Source of the DNA: Pseudomonadota bacterium
GTDB taxonomy: Bacteria; Bdellovibrionota_B; Oligoflexia; Silvanigrellales; Silvanigrellaceae
Length of the DNA: 64,000 bases
Reading direction: 5' to 3'
Assembly (NCBI GenBank): GCA_039799905.1
Contig: JBDLRP010000013.1
Location: forward strand, 63,431 to 127,430
Shown here: in pieces, positions 8,781 to 19,085 of the stretch
Layout: each line of letters starts with the position of its first letter
Position numbering within the stretch: position 1 is the first letter of the stretch
Position numbers and translations under genes: made by a program
The notes under the pieces: model-generated
Databases searched by the model: none
Told to the model about the DNA's origin: nothing
What the model saw: the letters and a program-made list of their open reading frames with translations, nothing else

Positions 8781-9730
8781 GAACAGCGACCTTTCTTCTG
8801 GGCACCGCAGGGATTTTCCTTTCGTCCGCATTGGTATCCTGCGGCACGAGCCTCTACCGGCCGTTTTCCATTAAAGACAGCAACGATGCCCTGCGTGAGG
8901 AAACGCTCATCCAGCTCAATCAGGGAAACTATGATTCCGCGGTCGAGTCGGCAAAAAAACTGTGGGACAAAGACAAAAGCAACAATTCAGCGAGTCTCTA
9001 TTCAATAGCCTTGGCGAGTCAGTCGGGGGTCGGACTGTTTGATTTGATCGTCAATACAATCGACAAAACTGCGAGCTCGTCGTCAAACACATCAAGTGGC
9101 AGCAGCACGTCCAGCGGAAACAACGTCTTCAACACTCTCGAGAGCGTTCTGCCGACCTTCACACAGGCACAGCTCGACACCTTGAAAAAAGCCATCGAAA
9201 TTCTCGACTCAGCCCCTGAAAAAAATTCATCAAAATTGCTGTTTCAACGCTGCCTGACCGCAGCCATTTACACGATTCCGACACTCAAAAACCTTCAGTC
9301 CGGAATCACGTCGGTTCAGTCCACATTGAATGGACTCCCGACAAAACTGGGGACAGCCGCGGGAGGCACAGGATGCAGCGCTTCGGCAGAAAGCATCAGC
9401 GCTGCTGCAGCTGAACTCTCGGCGGCCATCACCGACCTTGGTGACATCACAACCGACTTCACAACGGCACTCGGCATCGTCGGTGAATGCTTCCCGAGCT
9501 CGCAGGGCAAGGACACTCTCAACACCGTCAGCCAACAGGTCAGCAAACTGAAAACCGCTGCCGACAAAGGCTGCACAGTTCCGGCCACGCAAAAAATCGG
9601 TAGCTACACGCTTCCCTCTTGCCTCAACGACACTATCAACGCCACAGGCGGCGGCAGTGCGGCGGCAAACGATGGGAAAATAGACGGCTGTGAATTGTTC
9701 ATCAACTGCACGTCGGGCACGTGTTTCTGA
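8777..9730 (+). CDS. Cys-rich lipoprotein, unknown function
   Basis: Lipobox LVSC; ATGA overlap with the upstream gene; Ser/Thr-rich. Confidence 0.7.
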   Translation: MRTATFLLGTAGIFLSSALVSCGTSLYRPFSIKDSNDALREETLIQLNQGNYDSAVESAKKLWDKDKSNNSASLYSIALASQSGVGLFDLIVNTIDKTASSSSNTSSGSSTSSGNNVFNTLESVLPTFTQAQLDTLKKAIEILDSAPEKNSSKLLFQRCLTAAIYTIPTLKNLQSGITSVQSTLNGLPTKLGTAAGGTGCSASAESISAAAAELSAAITDLGDITTDFTTALGIVGECFPSSQGKDTLNTVSQQVSKLKTAADKGCTVPATQKIGSYTLPSCLNDTINATGGGSAAANDGKIDGCELFINCTSGTCF

Positions 9731-9745
9731 GCTGTTTGAATCAGT

Positions 9746-11956
9746 TCATTGAAGCAGCTCGAGCAATTCTTTTTTACTCAGCTGAGCTCCGCCCTGTATG
9801 AGATTCTGCGCAACGGTCCCGGTACCCAGACCCTCGTCAAGAACCTGCGTCGCAGTCTTCAATTTCTCAAGCACAGTCCTGCGAATGTATTCATCCACGG
9901 TGCCTTCGGCAATGAGATGAACCACCAGACAGCGCACAGCCTGCTGACCAATACGGTGGAAACGAGCCTGCGATTGAACGTAACTGCCGCTGTCGAAACT
10001 CAAATCGAGATAAATCATCGTGTCTGCAACCATGCGGCCATCACGCGGCAAAAGGGTCAAGCCCTCTTTTGCGGACTGCGGCGTTGCTATGAACATCCGG
10101 CAACTCGGATCATCCTGAAACCGCTTGACGCTCTGCTGACGCTCGCCGACATCCATTTCACCGGTGTGTCCGACGGCACCATAATTTTCGGCGTACTTTT
10201 CCACCAGCCGGTTGATGTTATCAACATAATGCGACCAGACGATGACCTTCTTGCTGTCATCGGAAAAAACATCTTCGAGCAGATCATCGAGCTCGTGCAG
10301 CTTGGCACTCGAACCCTTGTACTCGGGATCAAGCAATGCAGGATTGGAGGCGATCTGTGACAACCGCAAAAGTTTCACGACGATGTTTGCAGCTTCCGAG
10401 GCAATCTCCTTATCGGAAAGACCGCCGATTTCCAGCCGCAGATGATCGCGCATTTGCGCATACATATGCTTTTGCTCGGCTTTCAACTCAACAACAAAAT
10501 CTTTGAAGAGCATCGGCGGCAGATCGAGAACTTCCGATTTCAGACGACGGAGGCTTGTGCGCAGGATGCGTGACTGCAATTCGTCCGGATTGCGGGTCCC
10601 GATGAATTTCTCAACACGGATGGTTTTGCGGCCGACGTTGATTTTTTGCACCTCCATCTCACAGAAGGTGTTCTTGAACGCCGGAAAGCGATTGCCGAAG
10701 GTGTCGCCCTGATCCATGACAAGATATTGAGAAAACAAGTCGATGGGCCGGTTGGCGATCGGCGTTCCTGTGGCAATGATGCATCTGCTTGAGAGCGGAC
10801 GCAAACGCACTGCGGCCATCGTTGTTTGCGCCTGCAGATTCTTGATCCGCTGGCTTTCATCAAAGACCAGCGCGCAGCGAGCTCCTTCCATCCACTCCCT
10901 GAAGCGTTCCTCCTCGAGACGGAGGCCCTCATAGTGAACAAGAAAAATTGCGTTTGTACTTTTGAATGCCTTTGCGCGCTGTGCCGGTGTGCCTATCACG
11001 ACGGTAAAATCGAGCGGCAGAGAAAGCCTGAGCTCCTCCTGCCATGTCTTGAGCAGCGACATTGGCACGACAATGACAGCCCGGTCGATTTCTTTTTCCT
11101 GAAACATGATTCCGAGTGCCGAGGCTATCTGAAAGGTTTTACCGCAACCCATCTCGTCGAGCAGAGCAGCCTGCTTATTGACCAGCAAAAATTCGATGCC
11201 CGTGCGCTGGTGCAGATAGGGCTTGCGTCCGAATGTGTATTTTTCGATAGCCTTGCGCCAGTTGACGATATCCTGCTGCACAGAAGGCTCGAAAGATTCG
11301 CCGCCGAGTTTTTCGAGATGAAAAAACGAACTGCCAAACTTCACCTTGCTTTGCGTGAGGTGTGAAATGTCTTCAAACCAACTCTCACGGACAACAATCT
11401 TTCCGAGTTTTCCCCGGCCAATGTGAGCGTAGTAGGGTGTGGATATGAATTCACCAATCGCTGCATATGCTGCTTCGGTGAGCTTGAAACCGCGCCCGAG
11501 AATGTCGAACACCTCGTCAAATGTGCCAATGAAAACCCGCCAGATTTTTTGGTCGGGATCCCATGCCCTCTCGTTGCGGTCGAGCCCCTTCATGCGTTCA
11601 ACGGCGGTCTGCTCGTAAGGAAACGAAATCTTCAATTCTCCGTCGCCGAAATCAACCATCGAACGTCCCGATGTCGTCAGTCCGGCAAGATAAATTTTCT
11701 TCAGGTTGGTGCGAATCCTATCGAGATATTCTCCGTCCAAAGGCTCACTGGATTCAAAAGGGATTCCCTTTAATTTAAGGGTTCCGACAATATCCTGCCG
11801 TGCAAAAACAGGTTCCTCCGGCGGCTTACGCGGCATGGGAAAGGTCTGGGGATTATCCTTTTGTCCAGGCGGTGGAATAACGCCAAACGCGAGTTTCACT
11901 GGTCCGCGCGGCGGCTTTGGACGAAAAGTTGATCCGCGGTTATTTCCTCTTTGCAT
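9746..11956 (-). CDS. SNF2-family ATPase/helicase with HARP-like N-terminal domain
   Basis: LLDEMGCGKT, FDESQRIKN, ATGTPIAN, LRRLKSEVL-DLP, QARFHRIGQ. Confidence 0.9.
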   Translation of the reverse strand: MQRGNNRGSTFRPKPPRGPVKLAFGVIPPPGQKDNPQTFPMPRKPPEEPVFARQDIVGTLKLKGIPFESSEPLDGEYLDRIRTNLKKIYLAGLTTSGRSMVDFGDGELKISFPYEQTAVERMKGLDRNERAWDPDQKIWRVFIGTFDEVFDILGRGFKLTEAAYAAIGEFISTPYYAHIGRGKLGKIVVRESWFEDISHLTQSKVKFGSSFFHLEKLGGESFEPSVQQDIVNWRKAIEKYTFGRKPYLHQRTGIEFLLVNKQAALLDEMGCGKTFQIASALGIMFQEKEIDRAVIVVPMSLLKTWQEELRLSLPLDFTVVIGTPAQRAKAFKSTNAIFLVHYEGLRLEEERFREWMEGARCALVFDESQRIKNLQAQTTMAAVRLRPLSSRCIIATGTPIANRPIDLFSQYLVMDQGDTFGNRFPAFKNTFCEMEVQKINVGRKTIRVEKFIGTRNPDELQSRILRTSLRRLKSEVLDLPPMLFKDFVVELKAEQKHMYAQMRDHLRLEIGGLSDKEIASEAANIVVKLLRLSQIASNPALLDPEYKGSSAKLHELDDLLEDVFSDDSKKVIVWSHYVDNINRLVEKYAENYGAVGHTGEMDVGERQQSVKRFQDDPSCRMFIATPQSAKEGLTLLPRDGRMVADTMIYLDLSFDSGSYVQSQARFHRIGQQAVRCLVVHLIAEGTVDEYIRRTVLEKLKTATQVLDEGLGTGTVAQNLIQGGAQLSKKELLELLQ

Positions 11957-12118
11957 AGACGCTTCCCCAGCTACTCGATTGGATGCCTACGTTGGTCGCA
12001 TTTCTGCTGAAAAGTTTCAACGCCAAAGCAGCACGATGTCAGAGAAATCGACTGGACAAGCGTATTGCGGGCATCTACAGTGGGGCTCCGCAGAACTCTG
12101 CAAAAATCCGAGGCAAGT

Positions 12119-12754
12119 ATGGATAAAATTATTTGTGTTGGTAAAAATTACGCCGACCACGCAGCAGAATTGGGCGATGCTCACCCGGAAAAACCGGTCC
12201 TATTCATTAAGCCACCGAGCGTTCTGCGCGCTGCGGAAGCAAATGATGCGTTGGTCAAGTTGACACTCCCCAAACATTCCACTCAGGTGCATCACGAAGT
12301 AGAGCTTGTCTTCCGCGTTGAGAAGGATGGCTATCAGATGACTGTCGAGCAAGCTGAACGCGCGCTCGGCGCAGTGACCGTCGGCCTCGACATGACGTTG
12401 CGTGATCTGCAGGGCGAAGCCAAGAAAAAGGGTACTCCATGGACGACCGGAAAAGTCTTCCGCGATGCGGCGGTCATCGGTCCTTGGATCAGGCTCTCTG
12501 ACTTTGCCGACTACAACAGTGAAATCTTCTCACTGTCGATCAACGACAAACTTGTCCAGAGCGCGACTGCTCTGAAGATGAGCCATTCTCCGGCCGCCTG
12601 CCTTGCCTATGCATCACAGTTTTTTCCGATCTGTGCAGGCGATCTGTTATTCACAGGAACTCCTGCAGGTGTCGGAGCTGTCAACGTCGGCGACAAAGGA
12701 GTGTTGATGTTCGGATCTATCCGTTTCCTTGTGGAATGGACGGAGTCACTTTGA
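12119..12754 (+). CDS. Fumarylacetoacetate hydrolase family protein (YcgM/FAHD1-like)
   Basis: KIICVGKNYADHAAE, HHEVEL, GLDMTLRDLQ, GDLLFTGTPAGV. Confidence 0.9.
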   Translation: MDKIICVGKNYADHAAELGDAHPEKPVLFIKPPSVLRAAEANDALVKLTLPKHSTQVHHEVELVFRVEKDGYQMTVEQAERALGAVTVGLDMTLRDLQGEAKKKGTPWTTGKVFRDAAVIGPWIRLSDFADYNSEIFSLSINDKLVQSATALKMSHSPAACLAYASQFFPICAGDLLFTGTPAGVGAVNVGDKGVLMFGSIRFLVEWTESL

Positions 12755-13349
12755 GATCACGCAGACCGCCGGATTTTTTCCAGGTGACTTCAGCGACACC
12801 TGATTTGTGCTGAACCCATCGTGAAGCTACGAAAAGAAAATCCGACAAACGGTTCAAAAATGGTACGGCCTGCGGATTGATTTCCGCGTGTTCCTGAAGC
12901 TGCACTGCTATTCGCTCGGCCCGCCTGCAAACCGTGCGCGCCAGATGCAAGTCGGCATTCATCCGCGTTCCGCCCGGCAATACAAACTCCCTGAGAGGCG
13001 GAAGAACTTCCTGCAGCTCGTCGATCATCTGCTCAAGGCGGGTGATCTCCGATTCGCCAACAACGATCATGTTTTCCCAACGAGACGCAATCGGCGTTGC
13101 GAGATCTCCGCCAAGATTGAACAAATCATTCTGGATACACTCGAGCCATGCATCGAGCGTTGCAATGGAATCTACCTGCAGAACGCCCGACTCCTGCAAC
13201 GAACTTCTGCACACTCCAACGAGCGCGTTGAGTTCATCGACAGTGCCATACGTTTCAAGGCGAAGATCGGCTTTCGACACTCGTGAGCCGTCGGCGAGGC
13301 TTGTGGTTCCCTTGTCGCCGGTTTTTGTATAAACGCGGGTAATTCTCAC
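12717..13349 (-). CDS. ATP:cob(I)alamin adenosyltransferase (PduO type)
   Basis: VYTKTGDKGTT, YGTVDELN, FVLPGG, ARTVCRRAER, LNRLSDFLF. Confidence 0.93.
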   Translation of the reverse strand: MRITRVYTKTGDKGTTSLADGSRVSKADLRLETYGTVDELNALVGVCRSSLQESGVLQVDSIATLDAWLECIQNDLFNLGGDLATPIASRWENMIVVGESEITRLEQMIDELQEVLPPLREFVLPGGTRMNADLHLARTVCRRAERIAVQLQEHAEINPQAVPFLNRLSDFLFVASRWVQHKSGVAEVTWKKSGGLRDLKVTPSIPQGNG

Positions 13350-13358
13350 TTCACTTCC

Positions 13359-14795
13359 TCAATCAACGGAATCAAGAAACGGACTCCAAACCGGCATCAC
13401 GACATCGTGAAGCGGGATGCTGAGCGGACGCACGTTCGTTCCGTCCCGGCTCATCACATAAAGCTTGTAGTTATTCGCCTTTCCACGGCCTTTGAGCAAG
13501 CGGTTTGACTGAAAAACAATGAATCTTCCATCCGGAGACCACGACGGTTTCTCGTTGTCTCCCTGGTCGAGTGTGAGGCGCTCCATCTGACGACCATCGG
13601 GATTCACAGTGAAAATGTCATACCGGTCAATGTCGCGATCGTATCCAGCAAATGCCAGTTTGCGACCGTCTCGCCGCCATGAGGGCGACGAATTGTACCA
13701 ACCGGCAAAGGTGATGCGGGTATCACTGTCGACGCGCAGATCTCGAATGAACAGATGCGGATTGCCGAAGCGTCCACTGACAAACGCAACCTTGCCGCCA
13801 TCAGGGGAATAGGCGGGCTCGACCTCGAGTCCGCTTCCGCTGATGAAGGTTTTTCGATCGCTGCCGTCCAGCGAATTGACGGTAAAAATACTCGTGAGTC
13901 CGGAGTGACTTCCCGAGAATGCGATCTTGCGTCCGTCCGGGTGCCAGTTTGCTCCGGAGTTGTTGCCAAATCCGGCGGTCAGTTTGGAAGTTTTCTGCGT
14001 CAGCATGTTGTAGACAAAGATGTCGGCCTTGCCATCGCGGAACGAAGTGTATGTGAGTTTTGTTCCGTCGGGTGACCATGATGGGCTCATGTTGATCGAG
14101 CCGTTGTTGGTGACCTGCCGCAAACCCGATCCGTCGAGATTGGCAACAAAAATCTGCCGCGGCTCACCGCTTTTGCGGGTTCCGGCAAACGCCAATTTTG
14201 TGGAGAAGATTCCCTTCTCACCAGTCAGTTTTTCAATGCATTTATCGGCGAATCTGCGGAGTGCGCGATCGAGATCACTCACCTCGAAGTCGGAGTAACG
14301 GACACCATGCAGCTGTCTGCGCCGTTTGACATCAAAGAAGCGCATCTCGAGCGTGTACTTGCCAATCGCGGTACTGGGAACAAATTTACCGAGAATGACC
14401 CCCTCTGTTTGCAACGGAGCCCATTCATCATACTGGATGGGCTTGATTGCTATATTGCCCTTGGCAAGAAAACTCGCTGCCGGCACAAAATCGAATGAAC
14501 CCATAAATGAAAAAATATCGGCCAGCTTGTTTGCGGCAAACTCGCGGTCGGCTTCCGACACCGATGAACCAGGCTCCAATCCGAACATGGGAATTGCCAT
14601 CTTGAATTTTCGAGCTCCGGCGCGTCCAACATCGATAAATAACTCACCGTCGGCCGACTGGGCAGTTGCAGCCGGAGTTGCTGGCGGCGGGGCTGCATGG
14701 AGTGATGGCTGCACGCCGCAAACAAACAACATCAGTGCAAAAAAACAAACAGTCTTGGATGACAAACCGAAACTTTTTAATTTGTTCACAATCAT
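13359..14795 (-). CDS. tolB: Tol-Pal system beta-propeller protein TolB
   Basis: Signal peptide, LTGEKGIFSTKLAF, repeated PSWSPDG (PD40) blades, downstream of tolQRA. Confidence 0.93.
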   Translation of the reverse strand: MIVNKLKSFGLSSKTVCFFALMLFVCGVQPSLHAAPPPATPAATAQSADGELFIDVGRAGARKFKMAIPMFGLEPGSSVSEADREFAANKLADIFSFMGSFDFVPAASFLAKGNIAIKPIQYDEWAPLQTEGVILGKFVPSTAIGKYTLEMRFFDVKRRRQLHGVRYSDFEVSDLDRALRRFADKCIEKLTGEKGIFSTKLAFAGTRKSGEPRQIFVANLDGSGLRQVTNNGSINMSPSWSPDGTKLTYTSFRDGKADIFVYNMLTQKTSKLTAGFGNNSGANWHPDGRKIAFSGSHSGLTSIFTVNSLDGSDRKTFISGSGLEVEPAYSPDGGKVAFVSGRFGNPHLFIRDLRVDSDTRITFAGWYNSSPSWRRDGRKLAFAGYDRDIDRYDIFTVNPDGRQMERLTLDQGDNEKPSWSPDGRFIVFQSNRLLKGRGKANNYKLYVMSRDGTNVRPLSIPLHDVVMPVWSPFLDSVD

Positions 14796-14804
14796 ATACT
14801 GACC

Positions 14805-15998
14805 CTAAAAATTGATGCTGTTGGGCGAAAATTTCATACGCAGTGAAAGCTTTTGTCCCATTTCCTTGGGCAGATCCGGAAACGGACCTGCAGCCTCAAG
14901 TGCCTTCATCGCCTCTTCGTCAAAACGCGCATTGCCACTTCCCTTGACTACCCTCACACGACCAAGAATCCGACCGTAGCCATTGATGTCAAAACCAAGC
15001 ACAACTTCGAGCTTCGACTCAAAAGTCATCACATCGGGAAGACTCCAGTGCTTGCGCATGTGCATGGCAGCAGCTTGAGCGTACTCATTGCGCACCTGCA
15101 ATCCCGCCTTGCCTTGCAAACTTCCTGCCTGAGTCAAAGTCGATGGTGGCTTTGGCAAATCACGCCCGAGAGGATTTATGGGGATATCGGTCGGACGATT
15201 GAAAACATCATTGGCGGTTTTTTTATCAGTGCCGGCGCGCTCCTTTGCACCGACAGCACGCTGTTCCTTTTCAAGACGCTTGGCGAGTTCTTCAAGTTTC
15301 ATTTTCTTTGCCGCTGCCGGATCAACCCGCTCAACAACAGGAGCCGGTGTGGGTGCCGTCGTCGGCGCGGGTGTCGGTGTAACGGCCGCCACAGCTGTGG
15401 GGACCGGCGTTGCAGCCACCGCATCTGGTGAGGCGAGCGAATTGTCCGCAGGTGCGGGAGTTGCAGCATCAATTGTCAGTGATTTGGGTAACTGCGGCAG
15501 CTGTTGTGCAGTTTTGAGCGCCTCAGCTTCAAGTTTCTCATCGGCAATTTTTCCGTCCGGCAGAGCCTTGCCCAAATCTGGAGAAAGCCCAAAGGCAACC
15601 TCAATCGGTTCTGATTCAAGTTTGTCAAACGGATTGCTGATTTCACTGAATTGCATGAATCCTATAATGATGCCGGCCACAACGGCATGCCACAGGATGG
15701 AAAAACCAAGCGGCCACGGACCGAGTCCGTCGTCTTCGAGATTTTCCAAACGCAGCCTCTGCGCAAATGCATGATCATCAATTCGCGGCTCGGGAGAAAT
15801 CATAAACCGCGCAGAAAAGGGAACTTCCAGATCAGGTTCGGGCAAAAACTCTTGCGAGAGAGCTTCGTTCCAAAGCAGCTCCGGCTCCTTGCGCGGCTGA
15901 GCAAGATTTTCACCGGCAATCCAAAGCATTTCATCGCCGTCAATGTGCGGCGATGCCTTGAGTGCAATGCTGCTGTCCGTGCTTGAGTTAGACATCAT
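14805..15998 (-). CDS. tolA: TolA/TonB-family energy transducer
   Basis: Single TM with S-x3-H motif, Pro/Ala/Thr linker, TonB_C-like end (GSGNARFDEEAMKAL...PFP); located between tolR and tolB. Confidence 0.8.
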   Translation of the reverse strand: MMSNSSTDSSIALKASPHIDGDEMLWIAGENLAQPRKEPELLWNEALSQEFLPEPDLEVPFSARFMISPEPRIDDHAFAQRLRLENLEDDGLGPWPLGFSILWHAVVAGIIIGFMQFSEISNPFDKLESEPIEVAFGLSPDLGKALPDGKIADEKLEAEALKTAQQLPQLPKSLTIDAATPAPADNSLASPDAVAATPVPTAVAAVTPTPAPTTAPTPAPVVERVDPAAAKKMKLEELAKRLEKEQRAVGAKERAGTDKKTANDVFNRPTDIPINPLGRDLPKPPSTLTQAGSLQGKAGLQVRNEYAQAAAMHMRKHWSLPDVMTFESKLEVVLGFDINGYGRILGRVRVVKGSGNARFDEEAMKALEAAGPFPDLPKEMGQKLSLRMKFSPNSINF

Positions 15999-16454
15999 TT
16001 ACCGAGCCTTCGCCCCGCTTCCGGTTCCTTCGCCCATCATGCCGATCTTTTTTGCGCCGGCGTTTTGCGCAGCCGTCATGGCGTCCATGACTTTGGCGTA
16101 CATCACTTCACGATCTGCGCGGATGAATACAGTCGGCTGTTCCTGTCCCACGAGCGCGGCCTGAATCTTGCTCGTCAGTTCATCTTTACGCACCGCTTTT
16201 TTGCCGAGAAAAAATTCGCCCTGCTCAGAAATCGAAACGACCACCGGATCCTGTCCGAGACTCAGCGTCTTGGCCTTCGATTTTGGCAGCTGGATGTCAA
16301 CACCCGACACGGCAAATGGGGCAGTCACCATGAAAATAATCAGCAACACCAACATAACATCCACGAACGGCGTGATGTTGATGTCGGCCAAAAGTGATGA
16401 GCGTCCAAATGACGAGGAGCCCGATTCCTCGCCGTCGCCGGTTCTCATTGCCAT
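15999..16454 (-). CDS. tolR: TolR/ExbD
   Basis: INITPFVDVMLVLLIIFMVTAP, IRAD motif. Confidence 0.93.
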   Translation of the reverse strand: MAMRTGDGEESGSSSFGRSSLLADINITPFVDVMLVLLIIFMVTAPFAVSGVDIQLPKSKAKTLSLGQDPVVVSISEQGEFFLGKKAVRKDELTSKIQAALVGQEQPTVFIRADREVMYAKVMDAMTAAQNAGAKKIGMMGEGTGSGAKAR

Positions 16455-16486
16455 GAATTCACCTCATGCTCTGCAAGTCAGACGGT

Positions 16487-17254
16487 TCAGGCTTCAGCGA
16501 TAGTCGACAGGGCCGAGCCGGAAGCGGGTGCGTGCTGCACCGCTTGCTCAGAGCGTCCCAGATTAAAATGACGCTCGAGAATATTGAGAAAGTCAGTCGA
16601 AAATCCTTCGAGAATCAACAGCTGCTGACGCGCCTTACCGGCAAAGAAGTTGTATGCAATGACCGCCGGAATTGCAGCTGCAAGTCCGAGCGCCGTTGCG
16701 ATGAGTGCCTCAGAGATACCGGGAGCAACCGCAGCAAGGCTGGACGAACCTGTTTGTCCGATGTCATGGAAGGCGCGGATGATACCGACAACCGTACCAA
16801 ATAGCCCGATGAACGGACACGCCGAGGCAGAAACAGCCAAAAAGGTCATGTTGCGCGACAACTGCACTTCTTCCAATTGACGCGACTTTCCAAGCGCTCG
16901 ACGGACTGTGTCAATCGACAATGGAGCGCTCGACGAGAGTCCGCGCTTTTCACGGACCTGCAGCACTCGCACCATCTCATTGTAGCCTGAGCGAAAAACT
17001 TCCCGCGCCGGGCTGTAGTCAAGATCTTTGAGCTTGCCGTTGAGGTCGGAGAGACTCTTGGAATCCCAGAACTCCTGCATGAAGTCGTCGGACATCATCT
17101 GCAGGTGACGCAAAGCTCGCCAGCGCTCAAAAATGACCGCCCAAGTCGCAACCGACAGAAGGACAAGGAGAATAAGAATAGAAACACCAACAGGACCGCC
17201 GTTGGTCAGAACGGAAAGCCAGTTAACGCCATCGAGCTGTGTTGCGTCGGCCAT
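16487..17254 (-). CDS. tolQ: TolQ/ExbB proton channel
   Basis: PFIGLFGTVVGI, VAPGISEALIATALGLAAAIPA. Confidence 0.93.
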   Translation of the reverse strand: MADATQLDGVNWLSVLTNGGPVGVSILILLVLLSVATWAVIFERWRALRHLQMMSDDFMQEFWDSKSLSDLNGKLKDLDYSPAREVFRSGYNEMVRVLQVREKRGLSSSAPLSIDTVRRALGKSRQLEEVQLSRNMTFLAVSASACPFIGLFGTVVGIIRAFHDIGQTGSSSLAAVAPGISEALIATALGLAAAIPAVIAYNFFAGKARQQLLILEGFSTDFLNILERHFNLGRSEQAVQHAPASGSALSTIAEA

Positions 17255-17289
17255 AGGAACTCCTCATATATGCCCTCACGGATCATATC

Positions 17290-18009
17290 TTACGATTCCT
17301 GCAACCCTGGCACCAATCCTCTGTCAACACACAGATTTAAGATTGCCCGCACGACAGCGGCCGGCTCGAGTTCAGTCGAATCCAGTAAGACAGCATCCTC
17401 CGCCGCGCGCATGGGAGCGACCAATCGATTGGCATCACGCGCATCACGCTCGTGAATCTCACGAATCAGTTCATCCAGACTCGGTTCAAGGTTTTGCGAA
17501 CGCAATTCCTCGAGCCGCCGCTGGGCCCGCTGCTCCGGCGAAGCTGTCAGGAATATTTTCAGCGGAGCGTCGGGAAATACAACTGTCCCCATGTCACGTC
17601 CGTCCACAACCGCCCCATTGCAATCCAGAACGACTTTCCTTTGAACGGGCAGAAGGCGCCTGCGGACGAGTTCATCCTGAGCCACCAAACTGGCCTGCTC
17701 AGAAACAAAAGGAGTGCGGATTTCGTGGGTAATTTCGCGATCGCCAAGAAAAACGCGCCCGCTGCGCGGGTCCTGCCGGTAGCGTTCCGAGAGGAAAGCA
17801 ACGAAACGCTCAATCGAGCCACGGTCTTGAACACCGGTTCCTGCCTCAAAAAGCATCAATGCAAGTGTCCGATAAATGGCGCCCGTGGTGACATAAATCC
17901 AACCGAGCCGATGGGCGAGGATCCTCGAGACCGTGCTCTTGCCCGATCCAGCCGGCCCATCGATGGTGATGACTTTGACGCTTTCTTGGTTTGTGACGAC
18001 AAGGGTCAT
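17290..18009 (-). CDS. cmk: Cytidylate kinase
   Basis: ITIDGPAGSGKST, GAIYR, DGRDMGTVVFPDA, RDARD; ATGA overlap with accA stop. Confidence 0.95.
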   Translation of the reverse strand: MTLVVTNQESVKVITIDGPAGSGKSTVSRILAHRLGWIYVTTGAIYRTLALMLFEAGTGVQDRGSIERFVAFLSERYRQDPRSGRVFLGDREITHEIRTPFVSEQASLVAQDELVRRRLLPVQRKVVLDCNGAVVDGRDMGTVVFPDAPLKIFLTASPEQRAQRRLEELRSQNLEPSLDELIREIHERDARDANRLVAPMRAAEDAVLLDSTELEPAAVVRAILNLCVDRGLVPGLQES

Positions 18010-19085
18010 GAGAGCGGAAAGTCTCCGGTGAAGCCGGTTGTTTTGGACAGCTGCTCCCAGCTTTGCGTCCAAGCCGGAACAGGAGCAGCCTCGGTGCGAA
18101 ACGGCGACACGGGCTCTCGGCTTTCCACTTTGCCCATCGCTGCGAATTTTTGGTGGCGTTGTTTTTTGAGTTGCTCCGAGCTCATTTTTCCGAGCTCGAG
18201 CAGATGTTTTTCAAGCACATCGCCGACACTGTTGATGGCTTCGACAGGCTTCCAGTGAGCTGCCCCAAGCGGCTCGGGGATGATCTCATCTATGACGCCC
18301 AGATTCAGAGCATTTTGAGCCGTCACCCCGAGTGCAGCGGCTGCGCGGTCGGCCTGTGTTCCGTCTTTCCACAGAATGGACGCGCAACCCTCAGGAGAAA
18401 TCACGCTGTAGGTGCTGTATTGAAGCATGAGAACACGATTTCCAACGCCGATAGCCAGGGCACCGCCGCTGCCGCCTTCTCCGACGACTACCGAAATAAT
18501 CGGAACACCAAGTTTGAACATAACCATGATATTTTTTGCGATGGCCTCACTCTGACCACGCTCTTCGGCGTCAATCCCTGGATACGCGCCAGGCGTGTCG
18601 ATAAACGTGACGATGGGCAGCTTGAAGCGTTCGGCAAGCGTCATCAGACGAAGCGCCTTTCGGTATCCCTCCGGCCTTGGCATACCAAAGTTTCTCTTCA
18701 TGTTTTCTTTTGTGCCACGACCCTTCTGGTGTCCCACGAAAACTACCCGGTGGCCACGGAATGTGCCGAGGCCGCCGACAATTGCCGCGTCGTCCATGAA
18801 GTTGCGGTCGCCCTGCAGTTCAATAAAGTCGTCACAGAGCTGATTCACGATATCGAGGGTGTAGGGTCTGTGGGGATGGCGGCTCAGCTGCGTAATCTCA
18901 TATGGAGTCAGATTGGAGAAAATCTGCTTTGCGAGCGTTTCAAACTGCTCGTCGAGAACCTTAATCTCGGCACCGAGCTCCTTCTCGTTTTTTCCCGACA
19001 GCTGCGACTGGCGAGCCTGAGCGCGCAATTCGTTGATGCGGTTGCTCAACTCCAACAACGGACGCTCGAGGGGTAAAACCTCCAT
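18006..19085 (-). CDS. accA: Acetyl-CoA carboxylase carboxyltransferase alpha subunit
   Basis: RNFGMPRPEGYRKALR, IDTPGAYPG, GEGGSGGALA, SVISPEGCASILW. Confidence 0.97.
   Translation of the reverse strand: MEVLPLERPLLELSNRINELRAQARQSQLSGKNEKELGAEIKVLDEQFETLAKQIFSNLTPYEITQLSRHPHRPYTLDIVNQLCDDFIELQGDRNFMDDAAIVGGLGTFRGHRVVFVGHQKGRGTKENMKRNFGMPRPEGYRKALRLMTLAERFKLPIVTFIDTPGAYPGIDAEERGQSEAIAKNIMVMFKLGVPIISVVVGEGGSGGALAIGVGNRVLMLQYSTYSVISPEGCASILWKDGTQADRAAAALGVTAQNALNLGVIDEIIPEPLGAAHWKPVEAINSVGDVLEKHLLELGKMSSEQLKKQRHQKFAAMGKVESREPVSPFRTEAAPVPAWTQSWEQLSKTTGFTGDFPLS

Noticed and set aside
18063..19076. 337-aa + strand ORF
   Set aside because: Antisense shadow of accA with no recognisable motifs
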